A stretch of DNA of 64,000 nt from a virus (taxonomy: Duplodnaviria; Caudoviricetes): positions 192,001 to 256,000 of IMG/VR virus record IMGVR_UViG_3300043754_000129; one strand, 5' to 3'. A program made the position numbers and the translations under genes. Under the pieces are notes generated by a model. That model was not told the origin of the DNA, did not search any database, and saw only the letters and a program-made list of their open reading frames with translations. Positions within the stretch are counted from its first letter, which is position 1; each line of letters opens with the position of its first letter. Positions 46,416 through 52,984 of this stretch are shown here, piece by piece.

Positions 46416-46491
46416 GGGGTGACCACCGGGAATCGAACCCGGGACCCTCGGGGCCACATCCCGATGCTCTACCAATCTGAGCTATGGCCAC
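46416..46491 (-). tRNA. tRNA-His(GTG); no encoded G-1, 3' end CC only
   Basis: Canonical cloverleaf, TCGGG-AT-GTG-GC-CCCGA, C73; base at -1 is T. Confidence 0.88.
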
Positions 46492-46515
46492 ACCTAAGCA
46501 TGTCTAGTTGAAACT

Positions 46516-46593
46516 TGGCCCCTTGGAGTGGATTTGAACCACTGACACACCACCATTCGAGGTGGCCGCTCTACCAGACTGAGCTACCGCGGG
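46516..46593 (-). tRNA. Atypical tRNA with 8-nt anticodon loop (CTCGAATG); amino acid undetermined
   Basis: Canonical D and T arms and CCA; 18-nt anticodon arm GCCAC-CTCGAATG-GTGGT; two mismatches in the acceptor stem. Confidence 0.6.
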
Positions 46594-46608
46594 ATTGAAA
46601 CAATTCAA

Positions 46609-46694
46609 TGGAGAAGAGGATGGGATTCGAACCCACGCGGGCTTGCGCCTCCAGGTTTGCAATCTGGCTCCTTCAGCCTCTCGGACACCTCTTC
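46609..46694 (-). tRNA. tRNA-Cys(GCA) with long (type II) variable arm
   Basis: TT-GCA-AA loop, U73, CCA; variable arm AGGC-GCAA-GCCCGC; Tyr-like D arm. Confidence 0.85.
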
Positions 46695-46712
46695 CACTGA
46701 CACAACAAATAC

Positions 46713-46789
46713 TGGTCGGAATTGTAGGATTCGAACCTACGACCCCCTGATCCCAAATCAGGTGCGCTACCGGGCTGCGCTAAACTCCG
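46713..46789 (-). tRNA. tRNA-Pro(TGG)
   Basis: Canonical cloverleaf, C1-G72, A73, CCA. Confidence 0.95.
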
Positions 46790-46806
46790 GAACTACAAAG
46801 ACGGCT

Positions 46807-46882
46807 TGGTGGCGATGGTCAGAATCGAACTGACGACCAACGGATTATGATCCCGCTGCTCTACCGACTGAGCTACATCGCC
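46807..46882 (-). tRNA. tRNA with CAT anticodon (elongator Met or Ile2)
   Basis: Canonical cloverleaf, G1-C72 pair so not initiator, CCA. Confidence 0.92.
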
Positions 46883-46894
46883 GTACTACGAATC

Positions 46895-46982
46895 TGGTGG
46901 GGAAGATTGGATTCGAACCAATGTAGGACCTAAGCCCAACAGATTTACAGTCTGCCCCCTTTAGCCTCTCGGGCACCTCCCC
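46895..46982 (-). tRNA. tRNA-Tyr(GTA)
   Basis: GCAGA-CT-GTA-AA-TCTGT, long variable arm, A73, CCA. Confidence 0.95.
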
Positions 46983-46984
46983 AG

Positions 46985-47280
46985 ATGTGAAAGAACACAG
47001 CCCAATTTGCCTCGTGACATTTCTGTCCTGTAACCGTTTAGCGTGTGCTAACGCAGTTTGCCGCCTGAGAATTACATCCCAGAGCAGCCCGCCGCATCAC
47101 GTCATGCCGGGTGATTAGGCCGGCCAGTCCATTAAGAGGTTGACTCATTTCACCCGCAAGCCCGTGGATTTGCCAACGGAGCCCAATTAGGGTGGTGCTG
47201 TCGAGTCAAGACCTACCACGTCCTCCTTTCGGTTAGACTAGGTAGTGCAGAGTGCCCATCCAAGTAGAGTGTACGGTCAT
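46985..47280 (-). ncRNA. Candidate structured ncRNA (~300 nt) within the tRNA operon
   Basis: Two GAAA-capped hairpins, a 7-bp long-range helix and an H-type pseudoknot found by hand; no ORF. Confidence 0.5.
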
Positions 47281-47283
47281 TGC

Positions 47284-47425
47284 TTTCTGAGGTGAGAATC
47301 GAACTCACATTTGGCCTGAGGCCGCGGCCAATGACAGCCAGCATGCGTTAGTCCCGTTGAGAGGACGCTGATTCGCATACGGGAGACTCAAGATCCCCGG
47401 GGTATACCGATTCCCCCACTCATCT
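47284..47425 (-). ncRNA. tRNA-like gene with a 72-nt structured variable region and degenerate acceptor
   Basis: D arm GGGG-GAATCGGTATA-CCCC, loop CT-TGA-GT, perfect T arm GTGAG-TTCGATT-CTCAC; only 4 acceptor pairs; no CCA. Confidence 0.5.
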
Positions 47426-47590
47426 CTCTACTATCGACACAACTTGCGTTTAGATCACTTTCCGTCCGTCGCGTTACCACAACGGTGGGCATGTCGGAGG
47501 TTTGGGTCTGAAGGTCCCTCGTACATGCATTGTGTATTCTCTCACATACTCTTACGCATTGCAGTAAAAAAATACTTTACTATCAATGAC

Positions 47591-47728
47591 TTAGCATCCC
47601 GGGATCATCGGAATGCCTTCGACGTACATCGGACGCGAGTAGTGAAATACCCACTTCGGTCCGACGGCGTCAAGATGAAGGTGGAGGAAGTACCTCCACC
47701 ACCATTGATAGACAGCGTAGCCGGCCAT
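47591..47728 (-). CDS. Small aromatic-rich protein, 45 aa (not in ORF track)
   Basis: MAGYAVYQWWWRYFLHLHL...; TAATG coupling to the upstream gene. Confidence 0.45.
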   Translation of the reverse strand: MAGYAVYQWWWRYFLHLHLDAVGPKWVFHYSRPMYVEGIPMIPGC

Positions 47729-48018
47729 TATGCGTTGGGCGAGACGCCCTCGGTATAACCCTTCGGCTGCGTGCCCGGCGTGATACCTGCGGCGCGCTTG
47801 AGTTGCAGACGGATCTCTTCGACCGTCAACGCGCGCGCAACCGGCATCTTCGGTACGTAGTGCAGGCCCGGACCGATACGTTCCTGCCAGTCATGCGGCA
47901 CCGGGATGACCTTCTGGTCGGCAAACTTCGAACGCCAGTTCGGTCCATGAATACGCTTCATGTAGCGCTCGAACTTGTTGCGGTCCTTGCGCTCACGCAC
48001 CTTCTTACTGCGGTTCAT
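47728..48018 (-). CDS. Basic hypothetical protein, 96 aa
   Basis: ORF track; GGGGAG RBS. Confidence 0.6.
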   Translation of the reverse strand: MNRSKKVRERKDRNKFERYMKRIHGPNWRSKFADQKVIPVPHDWQERIGPGLHYVPKMPVARALTVEEIRLQLKRAAGITPGTQPKGYTEGVSPNA

Positions 48019-48838
48019 ACGTCTCCCCCATTTCGACGTAGTCCACCGGGATGTTGAGTTCCCGTGCGGTCTTCACTTCTTCCGACACCCCCACCGACTT
48101 CTCCCAGCCCGGCAGCTTCAGCACGATCACGCGATCGCACTTACGCAAGATAGTGAGGTCGTGTTCACGCCACTTGTCCCAACCGGTCTTGTGTGGCGCA
48201 CCCGACTCCTTGATGACCGCGAGGTTATGCGCGATCGGCGAGACACAGTAGATGCCTTGCTCGATCAGCTCATCGGCCTTGCGACACACCCAGATGCGGT
48301 TCGATTCCTGGATACGTGGATCGTCGTTCGTGAAGGGCGAGGCCAGGTAGTACAACTGCGCCCCCAAGCCCGGACGACGCGGACGTTGCAGGCCTGAGCG
48401 CACACCCGCATCGAAGCATTCTTGCTCGGTCGGTGCGCGGCCCGCATGCAGATAGAACGCGCCACGGAAACCACCGAGCGTGTTCGGCACGAGTTCCAGC
48501 ATCCCGCGCTTCATCGACCAGTCCGAGAACATCTTGACGTAGTTCGCCAGCACCGTACAGACCGCACTGAAGGTTTCGTTGTTGCCCGACTGGAAGAGCA
48601 ACTCGTCGATGGCCTTCACGGCGATCTTGTCGGGATCCGTCACATCGATCAGGAAGTGGACAGCTGCCGAATACGACGTCTTGATCTGAAGGACCGTGCG
48701 CTTATACGACAGCACCTTCTCGCCCCAATCCCAGTTCTCCGGGATGTTGAGGCTGATGCCGGTCTTGATCCCCGGTGCGTTGCGCATCTCTTCGTTGAGT
48801 GCGACCGCTTCTTGAATTTCTTCTTCGCGTGTTTTCAT
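48005..48838 (-). CDS. Two-domain protein with C-terminal nucleoside 2-deoxyribosyltransferase-like (DUF1937-like) domain
   Basis: LYYLASPFT...CVSPIAH...WREHDLTILRKCDRVIVLKLPGWEKSVGVSEE. Confidence 0.7.
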   Translation of the reverse strand: MKTREEEIQEAVALNEEMRNAPGIKTGISLNIPENWDWGEKVLSYKRTVLQIKTSYSAAVHFLIDVTDPDKIAVKAIDELLFQSGNNETFSAVCTVLANYVKMFSDWSMKRGMLELVPNTLGGFRGAFYLHAGRAPTEQECFDAGVRSGLQRPRRPGLGAQLYYLASPFTNDDPRIQESNRIWVCRKADELIEQGIYCVSPIAHNLAVIKESGAPHKTGWDKWREHDLTILRKCDRVIVLKLPGWEKSVGVSEEVKTARELNIPVDYVEMGETYEPQ

Positions 48839-48848
48839 GTTGGTTCTG

Positions 48849-49328
48849 TTATCGGAAGTACGCACCACTCTTGATGTGCTCTTCGTCCAGCTCTTCACAC
48901 TTGGCCTTCAGCGCCAGTGCGTCCCAAAACGCGTTGTGCTGCACCGCCCCACGGAGCTTGGTCGGATACGACTCGATTGGTCGGATGTCAAACGTGATGC
49001 GCGGCACCTTGATACGCTTACCCGGTCCCAGCAACATCTCTTCACAGAAGTACTTCACGTCATCCGGCCAGTCGCAGATCACGTTCGGACACGGGTCGCC
49101 CTTGAAGAACTCTTCCAAGAGGTTCCCGGCCTTTGCACCCGGATTCATGTGCAAGGCAAACGCCGGCGCATTTTCCAGATGGGGCAGCACGTTCTGTCGT
49201 ACGTACTCCGTGTAGCTTTCCAGCTTCGGGTAGATCACGTACAAGCCGTGCCCGTCCTGGCGCACGATCCCCAACGAGATGAGCTTGCCACCGAACCCGT
49301 TGAACTCGGTATCGAGATAGTAGTCCAT
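48849..49328 (-). CDS. DEDD-family 3'-5' exonuclease-like protein
   Basis: YLDTEF...LISLGIV...CDWPDD...QHNAFWDA. Confidence 0.75.
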   Translation of the reverse strand: MDYYLDTEFNGFGGKLISLGIVRQDGHGLYVIYPKLESYTEYVRQNVLPHLENAPAFALHMNPGAKAGNLLEEFFKGDPCPNVICDWPDDVKYFCEEMLLGPGKRIKVPRITFDIRPIESYPTKLRGAVQHNAFWDALALKAKCEELDEEHIKSGAYFR

Positions 49329-49331
49329 GGC

Positions 49332-49709
49332 TTACCCGTGCGCGAGTGACCAGTCCCAGTACTTGGCTTCGCTGATGACGCGAGCCACGCGCTTATCGAG
49401 CGGATCCGCCATGGTGCGATCTTGCAGCCAGTCTTCCCCACGCGTTTCCAGCTTGCCGACCTTCAGCTTACCGGCGAGCATCTCGATGGCAGTCATGTCA
49501 GCGAACGCCGTCTTTGCTGCGTGCGTGATGAACATCTTCACACGCTCGGTCCAATCCGGTCGCGCTTCGAGCACCGTCAGGAGTTCTTCCGGCGTGCGTT
49601 CCTTCTCTTGAAACACGTGCTCCTGCCAGCAGCCGATCATGAACTTCACGAGTTCACCCATCTGGCTCATGCTGGCATATACGCTGATCTTCTCTTGTGC
49701 GGCGGTCAT
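49332..49709 (-). CDS. Hypothetical protein, 125 aa
   Basis: ORF track; overlap with the upstream stop. Confidence 0.65.
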   Translation of the reverse strand: MTAAQEKISVYASMSQMGELVKFMIGCWQEHVFQEKERTPEELLTVLEARPDWTERVKMFITHAAKTAFADMTAIEMLAGKLKVGKLETRGEDWLQDRTMADPLDKRVARVISEAKYWDWSLAHG

Positions 49710-50428
49710 GTTCCCTCTGCGGTTCTAACAGTGATGGTGACGAGAGAGTCCAGCTTGATGAACGTAAACGCTCGCCGACTCGTCCAGCCACCCGTATCGA
49801 TAAAGTGCACGTTGCCCAGTACCTTGGGTACCGGCGTCGTGCAGTGACCCACGATCACAGCGCGGATATCGGGGATGATCTCATGCGTTCCCGTCTTGAA
49901 ACGATCCCGATCCCACATCGCATCGTGCCGTGCGGTCTTCTGAACTTGTGTGCCTTCGGTTTGATCCCGAAGGGCTTGGGTGAATTCCGCCCAGGTCGGC
50001 TTCACGCAGTTCGCGTGCGTAATCCCAACCATGCCGTACCTGTCGTTTTCCACCTCGATGGCAAAGGGCAGGTCGCGGAACGCATCAGCAAAGCGCTGCT
50101 GGTTCTCACGCGTGTTCTGCATATTCCAGCCGCCACCGCCTTCGATGTAGCGCTTGATGTCGATGGGACGATCCTCGCACAGCCGGACAGCGAAGTCGTC
50201 GTGATTGCCCATGACGCTATAGAACCAGGGTTCCTTCATCAGGTTCAGCACCTGGAACGGTTCATCCCCACGGTCCACCAGATCCCCCGTGCAGAAGAGG
50301 CGATCCACGGCGGGATCAAAGCCAATCTCCTTGAGGGCTGCGCGCAGACGCGAGACGTGAGCGTGGACATCCCCCACCGCCCAGTCTTGGCCGCGCAAAT
50401 TCTCTTTGAAACGTTTTACTGCTTCCAT
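49706..50428 (-). CDS. Calcineurin-like metallophosphoesterase (lambda NinI/PrpA type)
   Basis: VGDVHAH, TGDLVDRG, MGNHD, THA, IVGHCT, FIDTGG; start moved to MEAVKR after GAGG. Confidence 0.9.
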   Translation of the reverse strand: MEAVKRFKENLRGQDWAVGDVHAHVSRLRAALKEIGFDPAVDRLFCTGDLVDRGDEPFQVLNLMKEPWFYSVMGNHDDFAVRLCEDRPIDIKRYIEGGGGWNMQNTRENQQRFADAFRDLPFAIEVENDRYGMVGITHANCVKPTWAEFTQALRDQTEGTQVQKTARHDAMWDRDRFKTGTHEIIPDIRAVIVGHCTTPVPKVLGNVHFIDTGGWTSRRAFTFIKLDSLVTITVRTAEGT

Positions 50429-50435
50429 GATGTCC

Positions 50436-50636
50436 TCAATAACGACCGGGGCTGATGTAGCAAGACAGGCGTCCATCCACATCGGCTTTCGCTGGGCGAC
50501 CCTGACGCAGACGACGCGCAATCGTCTTCGCACCGGGGTGATAGCGCACAAACACCACACGCAGCGTCTTGCAACTCCAGTCGTAGTTCACGGGACCGGA
50601 CGTGCAGACGCTCTTGCGCGGGGTGCGCTTACCCAT
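50436..50636 (-). CDS. Small basic hypothetical protein
   Basis: Start MGKRTP one base after the upstream stop. Confidence 0.45.
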   Translation of the reverse strand: MGKRTPRKSVCTSGPVNYDWSCKTLRVVFVRYHPGAKTIARRLRQGRPAKADVDGRLSCYISPGRY

Positions 50637-50637
50637 C

Positions 50638-50888
50638 TTAATCACACGCCGCCAGTATGCGTTGTTCTTCACTAGCATCGAATTGACCCCCATCCTTCCT
50701 GATCTTATCGATGAGGTAACGGGCGCGCTTATGCCGGCGCTCCTGCTTGCTCATCGATTCCGAATAGCCTTCCACTCCGCAAGCTGGACAGCAGTAACCC
50801 GTGTAGCCCGCAGACTGCCGAGCCATCCAGTTACTCGTGCGCTCCCCACGATAGCGTAAGCGCTTCAGTTCATCCCGTGGTTTGCTCA
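50638..50888 (-). CDS. Small Zn-ribbon-like protein
   Basis: CCPACG motif; start MSKPRD. Confidence 0.55.
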
Positions 50889-51253
50889 TCGACAAGTTTC
50901 CCTTTGCCTGCGATCTTGGCTGCCAGCACACGAGCCACAGCGCACACTTGCTGAATGCCCTGCGCCATCACCCGCATGCCGATGTGTGTCTTCTCGTCTT
51001 TGGAGACCGTCCCAGCATCGTTCTCGAGTTCCGTGATCGAGGCGATCAGGCCCTTGAGTTGCACGAGGTCAGCCTGCGACGGATTCTGACGCCCCCACTC
51101 CACACCCGCAGTGAATGCTTGCTTGAGCCACAGCTTGGTGTGATCCGACTCGCGGTGAAAGCGGGTCTCGATAAACTCTTCGATGGCGGGAGCAACAGCG
51201 CGCCGCTCAAGATCGCGCTGCATCACCCCACCGTCAGGCGGAACGTACGTCAT
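50870..51253 (-). CDS. Hypothetical protein
   Basis: ORF track; start moved to MTYVPP. Confidence 0.55.
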   Translation of the reverse strand: MTYVPPDGGVMQRDLERRAVAPAIEEFIETRFHRESDHTKLWLKQAFTAGVEWGRQNPSQADLVQLKGLIASITELENDAGTVSKDEKTHIGMRVMAQGIQQVCAVARVLAAKIAGKGKLVDEQTTG

Positions 51254-51449
51254 CGGCTTTCGGTGCCGGATTCGCACGCCCCCACTGAATGCCTTGGTTG
51301 AAGGCGTTCATCACATCGGCCTGGATGCACGGACGCTCATCGCCCTCGTAAAGCGCAGCCACGGCTTCAGCCGCAGCCAGCTGTGCATCTTGATCAAGCG
51401 ATCGAGCCAGCTGAGCAGCTGCTACGGGATTCATGCCACCGAAACTCAT
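51234..51449 (-). CDS. Hypothetical protein, 71 aa
   Basis: ORF track; shares AFxxGxxWGRxNP with the 50870 ORF. Confidence 0.55.
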   Translation of the reverse strand: MSFGGMNPVAAAQLARSLDQDAQLAAAEAVAALYEGDERPCIQADVMNAFNQGIQWGRANPAPKADDVRSA

Positions 51450-51850
51450 TTGTTTTCCTCCACAGCACGTTCTTTGTAGTAGACCAACGGCAGACAGCCG
51501 ACGCTACCCATTTCCAACGGCGAGATGTTCGTCGCAGCAACGGCCATCGCTGCCGCTGAGTTCACTTCACCCTGGTTCCACACCGGAGGCATCTCCACAA
51601 ACTTCGGTGGCAGATGTTGCTCGGGAACCGCCATGGCATTCCGATGCAGGTCAGCCAGTGTCGGTTCCCAATACACCGCATCGTACTTGCCCGTGAACAC
51701 ACCCCAGGCCAACGACAGACGACGGCGCAGCGAGAGTCCTTGGAAGCCCAAGGGACGAGCCGGAATCCAACCGGCCTCCGGGTGGTTCGTCTGAGTGTGG
51801 GTGCCCCACTCGATGAGTTCCGGAACAAAGTACAGATGCGGCGTATTCAT
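51446..51850 (-). CDS. Hypothetical protein, 134 aa
   Basis: ORF track; WIPARPLG...RLSLAWGVFTGKYDAVYW resembles a common phage protein pattern. Confidence 0.65.
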   Translation of the reverse strand: MNTPHLYFVPELIEWGTHTQTNHPEAGWIPARPLGFQGLSLRRRLSLAWGVFTGKYDAVYWEPTLADLHRNAMAVPEQHLPPKFVEMPPVWNQGEVNSAAAMAVAATNISPLEMGSVGCLPLVYYKERAVEENK

Positions 51851-51851
51851 G

Positions 51852-52373
51852 TTAGACGCTCGCGCCGACGATGTGCTCGCTGTCGGCCTTGGTGATGATG
51901 ACCGGCGTCGTCGGCACGTCCTGGTGGAAGCCCTTGCCGCCCGTCTTCACCTTCTTGATCGCATCGACGACGTCCTGGCCTTCGATGACCTTGCCGAACA
52001 CGGCGTAGCCCCAGCCTTGCGGGGTCTTCGACGAGTGATTCAGGAACGTGTTGTCGTTGACGTTGATGAAGAACTGGGCGGTGGCCGAATGCGGATCGTT
52101 CGTGCGCGCCATCGCGATCGTGTACTTGTCGTTCTTCAGACCGTTGTCCGCTTCGTTCTGAATCGGTGCATCGGTCGCCGACTGGGTCATGCCTTCGTTG
52201 AAGCCGCCGCCCTGGATCATGAAGCCGTCGATCACGCGGTGGAAGATCAGGCCATTGTAGTGGCCCTTGTTCACGTAGTTCAGGAAGTTCTGCACCGTCT
52301 TCGGGGCGGCCTTCTCGTCGAGCTGAATTACGATCTTGCCATGGTTCGTTTCGAGGGTTACTTGTTTCGTCAT
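51852..52373 (-). CDS. ppiB: Cyclophilin-type peptidyl-prolyl isomerase
   Basis: [49 protein letters not shown]. Confidence 0.95.
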   Translation of the reverse strand: MTKQVTLETNHGKIVIQLDEKAAPKTVQNFLNYVNKGHYNGLIFHRVIDGFMIQGGGFNEGMTQSATDAPIQNEADNGLKNDKYTIAMARTNDPHSATAQFFINVNDNTFLNHSSKTPQGWGYAVFGKVIEGQDVVDAIKKVKTGGKGFHQDVPTTPVIITKADSEHIVGASV

Positions 52374-52528
52374 TTCGTTATTCTCCGGTTATTGATAGAA
52401 GGGCTGAGTGTGCCGTTCAGAAGATACTTGAACTGTGTTTTTTTAACCTGACGGCAAAAAAGCCCTGCCGAGCTACCAACTCAGCAGGGGCACCAATGCG
52501 GTAAATCGTCTTCAGGAAAGAAAGCGGA

Positions 52529-52882
52529 TTAGCTTTCGAGGGGTTCCGTGCCGGGAACGACAACGCCGTCGATCGACGGGGTCGTGTTTTGCAGGCCAGC
52601 AGCCGGCAGGCCCGAGCCCGTCGTCAGCTGCGCCACGTAGCGCGGGTCGAGCGTGTTGCCGGTGACGGGGTCGACCGGGGGCACGAACGTAGCGCCGTAG
52701 GGCACGTACGTCTGGCGCTTGAACAGCTGCGGGCCGTTCGGCAGCGAAGCGTCGTCGACCACAACGTCCACGGCGCCGTCGCCCCAGATGTTGACGATGA
52801 CAGCAGCGAGGGGAGCGTCAGCCGACATGAATTGCACGCGCTGATCGACACTCGGGGTCGTAACGGGAGTAGGACCGGACAT
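52529..52882 (-). CDS. Hypothetical protein sharing an N-terminal domain with the upstream fibre-like gene
   Basis: P.(V/L)DQ.V.(F/Y)...AA(V/I)V.(I/V)W.DG.VD(V/L)VV in both proteins. Confidence 0.65.
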   Translation of the reverse strand: MSGPTPVTTPSVDQRVQFMSADAPLAAVIVNIWGDGAVDVVVDDASLPNGPQLFKRQTYVPYGATFVPPVDPVTGNTLDPRYVAQLTTGSGLPAAGLQNTTPSIDGVVVPGTEPLES

Positions 52883-52984
52883 GATTGTGTTTACCTTTGC
52901 AAAGGAAAAGGAAGGAACATGCCAAAAAAAGAAAGGCATGACGGAGAGGAGAGCGCTCTCCTCATACCCGCTATACGATAAAGA

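Noticed and set aside
46025-46459. ORFs 46025-46270+ and 46262-46459-
   Set aside because: They overlap tRNA genes and are translations of tRNA sequence.
46985-47280. tmRNA or SRP RNA
   Set aside because: No G3-U70 alanyl acceptor with T arm and CCA, no tag ending in an ALAA-like peptide, and CCGAAAGG lacks the SRP CAGG/AGCA internal loop.
46112-47425. Stop-codon reassignment through suppressor tRNAs
   Set aside because: No CTA, TTA or TCA anticodons, and genes read intact in the standard code using all three stops.
52450-52492. tRNA D-loop-like sequence GAGTTGGTAGCTC
   Set aside because: It is the loop of a terminator hairpin after ppiB; there is no T arm or acceptor stem.
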